Assembly (NCBI GenBank): GCA_965205645.1
Contig: OZ242172.1
Span: forward strand, 704,122-768,121
Length of the DNA: 64,000 nucleotides
Source: Bdellovibrionales bacterium
GTDB lineage: Bacteria > Bdellovibrionota > Bdellovibrionia > Bdellovibrionales > UBA1609
Reading direction: 5' to 3'
A program made the position numbers and the translations under genes. The notes under the pieces are model-generated. The model had not been told where the DNA came from, did no database searches, and was given only the letters and a program-made list of their open reading frames with translations. This document shows, in pieces, positions 6,726 through 16,483 of the stretch; position 1 is the stretch's first letter; each line of letters starts with the position of its first letter.

Positions 6726-8003
6726 TTATCTATATATCACATGAGGATGAGATACTGTGCTAGGTGTACTTTTCTCCCAGTCATCTAAATCTACCGCATC
6801 GTCACATTCATGGAATACAAAAAATTGATCTTTATCAGACAATTCCCCCGTACTAGATATATGATCCGGTAATGAATAATATTCACAGTCAGTGCCTTCT
6901 TCTCCTCCGACATCTGGATCTCCGCGGCTGCCATTGGATTCCACAAATTTATTAAATTCTTCTTCTGTATTCCATTCTCTTACAACTAAATGGATACGAT
7001 GTATCACCTCATGCGCATTATCCAGGCATGACCAGGTAAAATACGGATATCCTTTAAATTGTGTGCCTGGGTGATTTGGCAATGGATCTGTTTCATATAG
7101 TTTAGGTAAGTTATCTAAATTAAAATCTTCTATATCTTCATAGTAATTAGCTACGACAAATGAAGGGCCACTGATTCTTAAACTGCCTCTTGTTGGATCT
7201 CCACCATCGTAAAAGCTTTCAATGCTTGGTATTTCATAAGTTTCAATGTGGCCATCTCTTTCCGTACTAGTGACTAGTGTTAGTGGAATTCCTAAATCAT
7301 TTCTAGCGTTCCAGTTAACGCGGCCTAGGCCTCCGAGGCATTGTTCCAGGCTTTCTCCCCAGGAACCATCTGATTGATCTTCTCCTGAAACTGCGTAATC
7401 ACCAATACAACAATTAGCTAAGTCATCATTTCTATCACTTAGATCGTATCCACATAAATTTTCTATTTCAGCAGAGCATGCTCCTCGTCCTGGTCCATCA
7501 GTGCAATATCTATCTTCTGTTTCTGCATTATCTCCAGTACCTATTGTGCGTTCATCTTTATGAATAATTCTCGGTCCATAACCAGCATTTTGATTAAAGT
7601 GCCAGGGTACTTGAAATCCCAGGTAGTCACACATACCAGGCGGCACATTATATTCAATAGGGGTTGGATGTCCCCATAGATCCCCTTCTATTTTTTCTAG
7701 TTGGCAAAATATATCTTCACTGGATTCTTGATCAATCGGGATTTTACAGTCTGTACCAGGCCCTGCATCTAGCTCATACAGTGCATGTTGTAAAAAGCTA
7801 TGTCCTGCATAGTTGTCTCTGGCTAAGCGAATATAAAAGAATCTATCGTTTGGAATAGATCCTTCATTCTCATCCCATGAAGGTAGTTGAGAAAATGAAG
7901 AGAAGTCACTTGATCCAAAAACATTGAGCTTGCTACAACCCATGAAGAAGGATAAAGCCAAGCCTGTTACGTATAATGAAATCAATAGAACTTTCAGACG
8001 CAT
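6726..8003 (-). CDS. Acidic Cys-rich putative lipoprotein, unknown function
   Basis: Signal peptide with lipobox (LSFFMGC). 425-aa intact ORF rich in D/E/C/G. Confidence 0.6.
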   Translation of the reverse strand: MRLKVLLISLYVTGLALSFFMGCSKLNVFGSSDFSSFSQLPSWDENEGSIPNDRFFYIRLARDNYAGHSFLQHALYELDAGPGTDCKIPIDQESSEDIFCQLEKIEGDLWGHPTPIEYNVPPGMCDYLGFQVPWHFNQNAGYGPRIIHKDERTIGTGDNAETEDRYCTDGPGRGACSAEIENLCGYDLSDRNDDLANCCIGDYAVSGEDQSDGSWGESLEQCLGGLGRVNWNARNDLGIPLTLVTSTERDGHIETYEIPSIESFYDGGDPTRGSLRISGPSFVVANYYEDIEDFNLDNLPKLYETDPLPNHPGTQFKGYPYFTWSCLDNAHEVIHRIHLVVREWNTEEEFNKFVESNGSRGDPDVGGEEGTDCEYYSLPDHISSTGELSDKDQFFVFHECDDAVDLDDWEKSTPSTVSHPHVIYR

Positions 8004-8139
8004 AATAAATATATTATCGGTGGATTAATGCAAAGTGTTTAAGAAAACAAGCTAGACTTTTAGATAGTTTTTAGTTGGATTCAGCGAGCAGATTTTTTTA
8101 ATTGCATTGAAACAAACTACTTTTTTATTCTTAAAGAAA

Positions 8140-8505
8140 TTAATGTTTTGTAGATGTTTTTGTTTCAATTGTTTTAAGGCGAGCGGCTCGTCCTTTTTGT
8201 TTTCTTAAGTAAAAAAGCCGTGCTCTGCGTATTTTTGCTTTAGATACTAGCACGACTTTCTCTAAAGCAGGGCTAGCCAGCGGAAATGTACGTTCCACGC
8301 CTACTCCACCAGATATTTTGCGCACTGTGATGGATCGCGAGGATTTTTTCCCTTGAATTTTTAATACAACACCGCTGAATACTTGCACGCGTTCCTTGCT
8401 GCCTTCCCGAAGACGTATGTGGGCATCCACTGTATCTCCAACTTGTGCTGAGTAATCTTGTTTTTTCTTAGATTGATCCAGCGTGAATTTTTCTACGATA
8501 TCCAT
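8140..8505 (-). CDS. rplS: 50S ribosomal protein L19
   Basis: VGDTVDAHIRLREGSKERVQVFSGVVLKIQGKKSSRSITVRKISGGVGVERTFPLASP is canonical L19. Confidence 0.95.
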   Translation of the reverse strand: MDIVEKFTLDQSKKKQDYSAQVGDTVDAHIRLREGSKERVQVFSGVVLKIQGKKSSRSITVRKISGGVGVERTFPLASPALEKVVLVSKAKIRRARLFYLRKQKGRAARLKTIETKTSTKH

Positions 8506-8550
8506 GGCACTTTCCTTATCTATAACTTGTGTACTTTCGTTTAGGTAATA

Positions 8551-8880
8551 TTATTTTAGATGTTGTTTATTTTTATGTATTTGATCTAAATGACGATCTA
8601 ATTGATTTATTTTGTGAATATTAGCATGGGAGGGGTAGGTATACGTTCTTTCTTGTAGTATCTTGTTTTCTATTGCTTCTTCGGTTGAAAAATTGTTGTT
8701 TAATTCTTTCATCCGCTGCGAGTGAATTGGATAATCGAGTGTGTTTTGTTTGTGTATAGCATTATGAACAGCTATTGGATTCAGGAAGGCCATTGAACAC
8801 TTTATATTTGTCAAAGAATTGCTGTAAGCGTAAGATGAAAATAATAATAATAATATATAAAATATCCAAATTTTTAACAT
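8551..8880 (-). CDS. Small secreted protein, family member 1 of 4 between rplS and trmD
   Basis: Signal peptide MLKIWIFYILLLLFSSYAYS. Shares YTYPSHANIHKINQLDRHLDQI with the other members. Confidence 0.6.
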   Translation of the reverse strand: MLKIWIFYILLLLFSSYAYSNSLTNIKCSMAFLNPIAVHNAIHKQNTLDYPIHSQRMKELNNNFSTEEAIENKILQERTYTYPSHANIHKINQLDRHLDQIHKNKQHLK

Positions 8881-9159
8881 AACAATTCCTTTTACTTCAG
8901 AACATTTTTCTTAATAATATCAGATGTTTAAATCCTTAAACCCAAGTAGGTATTAAGTTAAGTGAGGATATTTATCATACGAGTTGTCTTTATGCAACTT
9001 TAAAAAAGGGGTGGTGTAAATATTTACATTGCCAGTGTAAAAAAACAGCTATTTGCCTGGAAGCTCACGTTACTTAAGTACACATGATTGGCAAAATTAT
9101 GACATGGGAGTAGCAGATTCATAGCGCAGTTATTGATATCGTCTATCATTAGTTGTGTA

Positions 9160-9717
9160 TTATTTCATGTAATATTCTTTATATGAATTCATTTGTTGGT
9201 CTAAATGATCGATTTGTTTTTGCAATTTTTGAGATACAAAGAGTGCATGTTCATAGATTGTCTCTTCTAATTTCATTTTTAATTGTGCAATATGAATCAG
9301 CTGATTCAGCTTTGCATTGTATTTTGTGTGTGCAATAAATATTATCTTCGACGTTTCGTTTAATAGCTTCGGATTTTCTGCATGTTCTGTCACATTCTCT
9401 TCCAGCTGCTGGTCATGTTTCTGTTTATCTAGATAAGGCACAATGAGTTCTGTATGAAGAAGATCATTTACTTGATCTATTACATTGGAATATTGTTGAT
9501 TAGTTTCATCTACTTTTTTTGATAATTGTTTTAAGTCTATACCAGCTTCTTCTAGTGGTGTTCTATCTATGCCTTTAAAAGAAAATCGGCATTTTGTCCA
9601 AGAATTGCTATATGCATTCTGTGAAAGTAACAATGCACAAAATATTCCTATTATAGCTATGCTCAAACTCTCACAGCTATAATAGATAGAATGATAACAG
9701 TTTTTCCTACTCTGCAT
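9160..9717 (-). CDS. Secreted coiled-coil-like protein, family member 2
   Basis: Its N-terminus MQSRKNCYHSIYYS... is identical to the 9874 ORF, followed by a signal peptide. Confidence 0.6.
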   Translation of the reverse strand: MQSRKNCYHSIYYSCESLSIAIIGIFCALLLSQNAYSNSWTKCRFSFKGIDRTPLEEAGIDLKQLSKKVDETNQQYSNVIDQVNDLLHTELIVPYLDKQKHDQQLEENVTEHAENPKLLNETSKIIFIAHTKYNAKLNQLIHIAQLKMKLEETIYEHALFVSQKLQKQIDHLDQQMNSYKEYYMK

Positions 9718-9835
9718 GACATTCTCTTTAACAATTAGAGATTCTTTTCATTCATTCAAGCGATCGTACATCACTGAATGGGTACTCTCTTATCATAAGT
9801 GGCATAGTTGTGCAAATTTAAAGAGAGATTAATGT
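9655..9835 (-). repeat. Conserved leader plus 5' CDS segment of the paralog cassette (copy 1)
   Basis: About 180 bp are nearly identical to 10303..10488. The segment includes TTATCATAAGTGGCATAGTTGTGCAAATTTAAAGAGAGATT. Confidence 0.8.
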
Positions 9836-9873
9836 TTTGACTATAATGTTCTTATATTTTTTTTGAAGTTGTT

Positions 9874-10365
9874 TCATCTGTTAAATAGAATCCATAAGTT
9901 ATTTTGATGGATGTGGTTTAAGGTGTTAATTAGTTGTCTTGTTTGTTCGTTGTCTTTTCGATTTGATCTTTTCAGTTCCTGTAGTATGCTTCTTTTCATA
10001 GTTTCTCCTTCAGCTATTATTTGATCCAGTTTGTGATCCCATGGATTTATTTGTTCAGCGTTACTAGGGTATGTAGATTTTAATTTCTGTAGCAGATATG
10101 TTATTTTGTTTCTAAGGACGATAGATCTATCGTGAATGTGTTCTATATTTATTGGCTTTTGTGGTGTGTGAGATGGTTGGATTGCACTCTCTTTTGTTTC
10201 ATCGGTAGGCGCTGGATTGTCAAATGATTGTTGGCATTTATTTTCAGAAGTACCGTAAGTAGGGTGCGCAAATAACAATGCACAAAATATTCCTATTATA
10301 GTCGTTATGCTGAAAATCCTATAGCTATAATAGATAGAATGATAACAGTTTTTCCTACTCTGCAT
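9874..10365 (-). CDS. Secreted protein, family member 3
   Basis: STYPSNAEQINPWDHKLDQIIAEGETMKRSILQELKR...NNLWILFNR parallels the 10543 ORF. Confidence 0.6.
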   Translation of the reverse strand: MQSRKNCYHSIYYSYRIFSITTIIGIFCALLFAHPTYGTSENKCQQSFDNPAPTDETKESAIQPSHTPQKPINIEHIHDRSIVLRNKITYLLQKLKSTYPSNAEQINPWDHKLDQIIAEGETMKRSILQELKRSNRKDNEQTRQLINTLNHIHQNNLWILFNR

Positions 10366-10488
10366 GATGTTCTCTTTAACAATTAGAGATTCTTTTCACT
10401 CATTCATTCAAGCAATCGTGCATCGCTGAATGGGTACTCTCTTATCATAAGTAGCATAGTTGTGCAAATTTAAAGAGAGATTCATGTT
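10303..10488 (-). repeat. Conserved leader plus 5' CDS segment of the paralog cassette (copy 2)
   Basis: See 9655..9835. Degenerate versions of the TTATCATA..TGCAA core are also upstream of the 8551 and 10543 ORFs. Confidence 0.8.
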
Positions 10489-10542
10489 TTTTCTATGACT
10501 CTGAAGAATAAATCAATCTTCTGTTTTTCTTTTTTTGTATAG

Positions 10543-11055
10543 TTACTCAGATGGATTTTTCTTTGATAAGTTAATTTGTTGATCCTGGTATCCTTCCATG
10601 GATACTTTTAACCTGTTAGATAGAATCCATAAGTTATTTTGGTTGATATAATTAAAAATGTAATTTAATTTTACTGTTTGTTGGTTGTTATTTACATTTA
10701 TTCTTTTCAATTCTTGTATTATTGTGGTCATCTGTGTTTTTCCTTCAGCTATTATCTGATGAAGCTTATGATCTAATTGCTCTATTTTTTTAACGTCATT
10801 AGGATGTGTAGATTGTAATTTTTGTAGCAGATGTTCCGCTTCTTCCTTAAGAGCGGCAGATCGGATACTATATTGTTCTATGTTTATTGGCTGTTGCGCC
10901 GTGTGTTCAGTTTGGGCTGCACCTTTTTTTGTTTCATTACTGATAGGTGCTGAATTATTAAATGGTTGCTTGCATTTGTCTCCGGTAAAACCACCAGAAT
11001 CACCGTAAGCAGGATACGCAAATAGCAATACACAAAATATCCATATTATAGTCAT
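10543..11055 (-). CDS. Secreted protein, family member 4
   Basis: Signal peptide MTIIWIFCVLLFAYPAYG. Contains STHPNDVKKIEQLDHKLHQIIAEGKTQMTTIIQELKR...NNLWILSNR. Confidence 0.6.
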   Translation of the reverse strand: MTIIWIFCVLLFAYPAYGDSGGFTGDKCKQPFNNSAPISNETKKGAAQTEHTAQQPINIEQYSIRSAALKEEAEHLLQKLQSTHPNDVKKIEQLDHKLHQIIAEGKTQMTTIIQELKRINVNNNQQTVKLNYIFNYINQNNLWILSNRLKVSMEGYQDQQINLSKKNPSE

Positions 11056-11352
11056 TAGTATTTCCTTTTAAAGATAGTTTTTCTTCCACCGAGACGGTGG
11101 AGCTAGATTGCCATACGGTACTTATCATAAGCTATATAGCTATGCAACCCTGCAACCCTACAAAATAGTTTTTACATTTTATTTGACTGGCTATAAAGAG
11201 ATTAACATAAAAAGAAAATTTTCCTAATACAATGTTAATTTCATCAGTAAAGGCATTTAAATCATTGGTTTATTTGTGTTTGTTAGATTTAAAAAGATTT
11301 TTTAAATATTTTGTCTGAAATTGAGTCATTATCAAGCTGTTTAGCAACTGTC

Positions 11353-12183
11353 TCAATTCTTGGTTAATTTCTTGCCTTTGTCACTGGAAATCCGTTGCAA
11401 GTCAGCACGGCAAAGGCCACAGGCGATTAACTCTTCATCCAATAGCTTTTGCGCATAACTAAGCGCTGCCGGTACCTCTCGCTTAGCAGGACTAGCTACT
11501 AATAAATCTGGTCTTTTTAGTGCGGTTAATAAGACAGATATAAAGTAATGAAATTCTTTAATGTTTTGATGGTGACCGGAAAATAATATTTTTGGTATAC
11601 AATGTCCCTTAATTTCTCTGGGACGGGTCCACTGAGGACATTCTAATAAGCCATGATCTTCAAAGCTTTCATTAGTAGCGGAATATTCATTTCCTAAAGC
11701 TCCTTTAATGAACCGGCAAAGAGAATCTAATATCAATAAAGCAGCTGGTTCCCCTCCAGTGAGTACATAATCTCCCACAGAAATTTCTTCATCCACGAGT
11801 TCTTCAATCACTCGTTGATCGACTCCACCATAGCGTCCGCAAATGATAATACGTTCTTTTTGTTCCTGCTCCGCCCACTGTCTTGCCATTTCATAATTCC
11901 ATTGCTTCCCTTTTGGACTTAAATAATACACTGTTCTTTTTTTTGGTGCTGATTCAATTGCTTGTTTCAAAGGTTCATACTGAAGTACCATTCCATCTCC
12001 ACCACCAAAGGGACTATCATCCACACTCTGATGAATGTTTGTTGCAAAATTTCTAAGTGGAATTAAATTTACTTTTAATAAATTGCGCTGAATAGATCGG
12101 CCTAATATCCCAACATTCAAAGGAGAGTTAAAAAATTCTGGAAAAAGAGTAACGATATGAAATTTTAACATCACACAAACCAT
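11353..12183 (-). CDS. trmD: tRNA (guanine37-N1)-methyltransferase
   Basis: MLKFHIVTLFPEFF, GGGDGMVL, RYGGVDQRV, VLTGGEPAALLILDS. The true start may be the MLKF Met at 12171. Confidence 0.93.
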   Translation of the reverse strand: MVCVMLKFHIVTLFPEFFNSPLNVGILGRSIQRNLLKVNLIPLRNFATNIHQSVDDSPFGGGDGMVLQYEPLKQAIESAPKKRTVYYLSPKGKQWNYEMARQWAEQEQKERIIICGRYGGVDQRVIEELVDEEISVGDYVLTGGEPAALLILDSLCRFIKGALGNEYSATNESFEDHGLLECPQWTRPREIKGHCIPKILFSGHHQNIKEFHYFISVLLTALKRPDLLVASPAKREVPAALSYAQKLLDEELIACGLCRADLQRISSDKGKKLTKN

Positions 12184-12198
12184 ATTCCGTTAGTTGAT

Positions 12199-13647
12199 TT
12201 ATTTTTGCGGATTGGGTTTTTTTATTATCTGCTGGTATTGTTTCAGTGCTTTTTTTACTTTGCCGCTCAGAAATACTACACCAATTAAATTAGGGAAAGC
12301 CATGCTGAGAATCATTAAGTCACTAAACTCCATTGCATTTAAAGAGGTGGCAATAGATCCCAGAAAAACAACGATTAGTAATAGTATTTTGTAAATAACC
12401 GAGTACTTGTCACCAAAAATGAAAACAAAACATCGTTCTCCATAATAGGACCAGGAAATAATTGTAGAAAAAGCAAATAGGATGACTGCTACGCTTAATA
12501 AGTAGGGAGACCAACTCATTGTTTCCCCCATTGCTTTAAATGTTAGCGCTGCACCTTTTTGATGTTCCACTAAATCCATATAATTCGGGTTTTCATAGGC
12601 CCCTGTGATAACGATCACTAAAGCTGTCATCGTGCAAATACAAACCGTGTCAATAAAAGGTTCCAGTAGAGCGACGATTCCCTCTTCCACTGGATGGTTA
12701 ACTTTCGCTGCTGAGTGGGCAATCGCTGCAGAGCCCAAGCCCGCTTCATTAGAAAAAACCGCTCTTTGTATACCTACTATCATGACTCCCATGATTCCAC
12801 CAAGAGCGCTAGCCGGTTGAAAGGCTCCTTGTATAATGATCCAAAAAGCATGAGGAATATGATTCCAATGAACAACTAAAACAATCATCGCCATAGTGAT
12901 ATATAGAGTGCACATGAGTGGCACAATACGGCTGGCTACAAAAGCTACACTCTTTAAGCCTTTCAGAATAACAATGCCTACTAGTGCCGCCATGATCAAA
13001 CCATAGGCCCAGCCGTATGGGGAAAGCGCCGGCCATGTATCTGTAATAGCATGCATAGATTGATTGATCTGAAAGGCTGTGCCTCCACCAAAAGATCCAC
13101 CGATACATAGAAAGCAAAATATAATAGCAAGTGTTCGACCTAAACGTTGATGACCCATTTCTGCGAAACCCTTTTGTAGGTATTCCATTGGGCCACCCAT
13201 TAGTTGACCGTTAGGTCTTTTTTTACGGTACATCACGCCTAAAGTGCATTCAGTAAATTTAGTGCTCATTCCCAGTAGTCCCACGACGATCATCCAAAAA
13301 GTTGCCCCTGGGCCACCAACAGAAATTGCAATCGCTACACCTGCAATATTACCTAACCCTACTGTCGCAGATAGTGCTGTGGTTAGGGCTTTAAAATGAC
13401 TAATTTCTCCTGATTTTTTGTCTGCCTCGCCTGGCTTCATTGCTTGTACCACTAGACGAATAGCTTCTTTAAACATTCGCAAGTTTACAAAGCGCATTTT
13501 TAAAGTAAAAAATATGCCTGCACTGAATAAGATAAATATCACTAAAGGGAACTTAACTCCGTCTACAAAAAACAATAAATCCATGAAAAACAATTGGCTG
13601 ATCCAAGAATTGACTATCTTGAAAATAGAATTTATGAAATCAATCAT
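12199..13647 (-). CDS. Alanine/glycine:cation symporter (AGCS family)
   Basis: About 11 TM segments, GGPGATFWM and FSNEAGLGSA motifs. Confidence 0.88.
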   Translation of the reverse strand: MIDFINSIFKIVNSWISQLFFMDLLFFVDGVKFPLVIFILFSAGIFFTLKMRFVNLRMFKEAIRLVVQAMKPGEADKKSGEISHFKALTTALSATVGLGNIAGVAIAISVGGPGATFWMIVVGLLGMSTKFTECTLGVMYRKKRPNGQLMGGPMEYLQKGFAEMGHQRLGRTLAIIFCFLCIGGSFGGGTAFQINQSMHAITDTWPALSPYGWAYGLIMAALVGIVILKGLKSVAFVASRIVPLMCTLYITMAMIVLVVHWNHIPHAFWIIIQGAFQPASALGGIMGVMIVGIQRAVFSNEAGLGSAAIAHSAAKVNHPVEEGIVALLEPFIDTVCICTMTALVIVITGAYENPNYMDLVEHQKGAALTFKAMGETMSWSPYLLSVAVILFAFSTIISWSYYGERCFVFIFGDKYSVIYKILLLIVVFLGSIATSLNAMEFSDLMILSMAFPNLIGVVFLSGKVKKALKQYQQIIKKPNPQK

Positions 13648-13871
13648 TTAAAGATCACTCTTTCATTAAAATTGCTTTTATTATTACTTTATTTTGTAAT
13701 TTTGACTAGTCACCATTGTATTTTAATAAGACACATAGCATAAAGGTAATTCTCAACATATTGATTTTTTTAATAAAAAATTTCAGAACGATGTTAATAG
13801 GATTGGAGTCGTTCAATTATTTTTGGTTATTCTTCGTTCACTTGAGTTAGTCGTAATTGTTTCGATAAGAT

Positions 13872-14543
13872 TTAAGGGCAGGTTACTTGGTTTTGTTGAA
13901 GTAATTGATCCATTTTATTTTCTGCAGCATTGCGGGATTCCATAAAAGCTTTTAACAAGCCATGGGTTTCATTTGATTGTTTTTTTAAAGTCAAGGTGGG
14001 TCCCATCAAAAAATAATTCCAAAGTTTTTTAATATATCCAGTCTCCAGAAATTTGATTTGCAAAGGTGAGTTCGGGTAAAATTTTGCAAACGCATGCTCA
14101 TCATTCGGAGCTAAATTAATGTAAAACTCATTATGCATGTCAATAGTGCTAGATGGCGTTGTTTTTGATATAGAAACAGATCCTATTCCACCGATACCGG
14201 TCCAGATAGTATAGATTCCCACCGGACGCTGAGATGCAGGTAGTTTAGAAGCAGCGTTGGAATCACAAATAGCCTGGTAATAAGCATCTACATCTTTATA
14301 TTTGTTTAAAATATTTTCCGCTTCTGTTCGTTTGTTTCTGTTAAAAAATAATATGACAAATATTTGTTCCTGATTAGATTCATGCATTTTTTCTATCCAT
14401 ACAACAAAAGATGTATCATTATAAGACGTTGTATACTCTCCTTCTAATTGGGCAGCATCTGTTCCACCATTGAGCGCACTGTTTTCATTACAGGCAAGTA
14501 ATAAAAAAGTTGATAAAAATATAGTTTTCATTATTTGAGTCAT
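13872..14543 (-). CDS. Putative lipoprotein, unknown function
   Basis: Signal peptide with lipobox FLLLAC. Confidence 0.5.
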   Translation of the reverse strand: MTQIMKTIFLSTFLLLACNENSALNGGTDAAQLEGEYTTSYNDTSFVVWIEKMHESNQEQIFVILFFNRNKRTEAENILNKYKDVDAYYQAICDSNAASKLPASQRPVGIYTIWTGIGGIGSVSISKTTPSSTIDMHNEFYINLAPNDEHAFAKFYPNSPLQIKFLETGYIKKLWNYFLMGPTLTLKKQSNETHGLLKAFMESRNAAENKMDQLLQQNQVTCP

Positions 14544-14654
14544 CTTTACTTTATATTATTTATTGTTTATATTAATTAAGCAACACTATTTAAATAGTGT
14601 GTATATTTTTTGATAAAATTTCATTTTGCTGGTGTGTTTATTTAGGGTGTTAAA

Positions 14655-15593
14655 ATGAAGATAATATTAGCGGGTGGCACTGGTTATTTAGGTCGTATGT
14701 TACACCACTTTTTTTTGTCCCAAGGGCATGAAGTGTTGGTACTAAGCCGGCGACCAAGGGCTTGTTTAAAAAAAGGTTTTGTTAAATGGGACGCTCGTTC
14801 AATGGGGGAGTGGACAAAAGTATTAAATGGGTCTGATGCAATCATTAACTTAGCTGGTCAAAGTATTAAATGCCTTTTTACGAAAAAGAATATAGAAGTT
14901 CTGAAAAGCTCTCGTGTGGATGCTACTCGTGTCATTGGGCAAGCGATTCATCAGGCACATCATCCTCCAAAAGTGTGGATTCAAATGAGTTCTGTAACGA
15001 TTTATTCGCATCGTGTGGATGCTCCTAATGATGAATTAACTGGACGTATTGGTGAGCCAATAAATATACCTCTTGTGTGGCAAAAAATGGCAAGCTTAGT
15101 GCAAGAGTGGGAGCAGGCAATGTACGCCTTTCCAACAGAGAACACCCGAAAAACAATCGCTCGTATTTCTGTTGTAATGAGTCCAGGAGCTTATACAGCA
15201 TTTGATATATTTTTTAAACTTGCACGTTGGGGTTTAGGAGGAACAGTTGCAGGTGGCAAGGCTTATATTTCATGGATTCATGAGCAGGATTTTGTACAGG
15301 TAATTAATTTTTTATTGAAAAATGAAATAAAAGGACCTGTCAATGTCACAGCTCCATGTTCTTTGCCACAAAAAGAATTTATGGCTGTATTACGTAAAGT
15401 ACTTGGAGTGACAATAGGTCTCCCCGCAGCCAGGTGGATGATGTATCCTTTGTCCTGGCTCACAAGAGTAGATCCGGAATTGGTTTTAAAAAGTCGCTAT
15501 GTTCAGCCAAAAATTTTATTAGATCATAATTTTAAATTTCAATTTCCTGACTGGAAAACAGCAGCTAGAGAATTGATTCAGAGAAAAATGTGA
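14655..15593 (+). CDS. TIGR01777/YfcH-type epimerase family protein (SDR fold plus DUF1731)
   Basis: MKIILAGGTGYLG Rossmann motif. The C-terminal LKSRYVQPKILLDHNFKFQFPDW is typical of DUF1731. Confidence 0.8.
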   Translation: MKIILAGGTGYLGRMLHHFFLSQGHEVLVLSRRPRACLKKGFVKWDARSMGEWTKVLNGSDAIINLAGQSIKCLFTKKNIEVLKSSRVDATRVIGQAIHQAHHPPKVWIQMSSVTIYSHRVDAPNDELTGRIGEPINIPLVWQKMASLVQEWEQAMYAFPTENTRKTIARISVVMSPGAYTAFDIFFKLARWGLGGTVAGGKAYISWIHEQDFVQVINFLLKNEIKGPVNVTAPCSLPQKEFMAVLRKVLGVTIGLPAARWMMYPLSWLTRVDPELVLKSRYVQPKILLDHNFKFQFPDWKTAARELIQRKM

Positions 15594-15601
15594 GGCTTTC
15601 A

Positions 15602-15994
15602 TTATCGCACAATAAAGTGATAAATACGAGTCACTTGAATATCGTGCTTTAATGGTTTGAATTGTATTCTATTTAATACAGAGAGAATACATTTTAAAAT
15701 ATTTTTTTCTTTTAGATCTGTATGGACCACTCGCGATTTTGTTTTTCCTTGGCGAGACACACTTAGCTCAATCAGCATATCACCATTATCATTTGATTGG
15801 TTACTGTTCATACATTTGTTAATCAAGATCTTTTTTTTTCTGTGGATCACTTGATCCATATAAATTTGTTGCTGCCTAATTAGTGAATCATGAGATCTTA
15901 CGTTGGCACTGAATGAATATAATTGGCAAGGTAGTGATAAGAAAGATAATAATAAAATTTTTATTAGGAAATATTTTGAATAAAAAACAGTCAC
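15602..15994 (-). CDS. Small secreted protein with a TonB-C/AgmX-PglI-like C-terminal domain
   Basis: Signal peptide. GDMLIELSVSRQGKTKSRVVHTDLKEKNILKCILSVLNRIQF resembles that fold. By eye only. Confidence 0.35.
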   Translation of the reverse strand: MTVFYSKYFLIKILLLSFLSLPCQLYSFSANVRSHDSLIRQQQIYMDQVIHRKKKILINKCMNSNQSNDNGDMLIELSVSRQGKTKSRVVHTDLKEKNILKCILSVLNRIQFKPLKHDIQVTRIYHFIVR

Positions 15995-16449
15995 TGGTTA
16001 GTGCTATTCTCATTGGTATTTGGTACATTCGTTTTATTCATATTATCTGGAGCTGTGTTTTTTATTTTACTTGTTTCTACGTCTGGTGTGTTCTGGTTAG
16101 ATGGTTTTGTGTCTTCCGCTGTATTACTTTTTACTTTAGCATCAGCAGGAGCTGAATTTGAAGAGGTGCTGTCTGTCGTCTCAGGCGCATTAGTATATTG
16201 ATCTATCACACTGGTGTTTTTATCTGAACTTAAAGCAGCTAGATAAATGGAAGTAAAGGCAAATATAATAGCCGTCCATTTAGTCACACCGACTAAAAAT
16301 TGATTCGCGCCAGAACTGCCAAATAAACTCTTTGTTCCTCCACCTCCAATAATACCAAAAGCTCCGCCTCCTTTTGGATCTTGAAGTAAAATAAAAATTA
16401 TCATAATAAAAGAGACAATAATATGCACAATGGAAAGAAAGGTAAACAT
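15991..16449 (-). CDS. secG: Preprotein translocase subunit SecG with a low-complexity C-terminal tail
   Basis: ILLQDPKGGGAFGIIGGGGTKSLFGSSGANQFL is the SecG signature. Confidence 0.9.
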   Translation of the reverse strand: MFTFLSIVHIIVSFIMIIFILLQDPKGGGAFGIIGGGGTKSLFGSSGANQFLVGVTKWTAIIFAFTSIYLAALSSDKNTSVIDQYTNAPETTDSTSSNSAPADAKVKSNTAEDTKPSNQNTPDVETSKIKNTAPDNMNKTNVPNTNENSTNQ

Positions 16450-16483
16450 TATCCTTAGTTAAAGAAACTTTTACCCCAAAAGT

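Noticed and set aside
12194-13651. ORFs 12194..12394(+), 12605..12820(+), 12809..13117(-) and 13418..13651(+)
   Set aside because: They are shadow ORFs overlapping the AGCS symporter gene.
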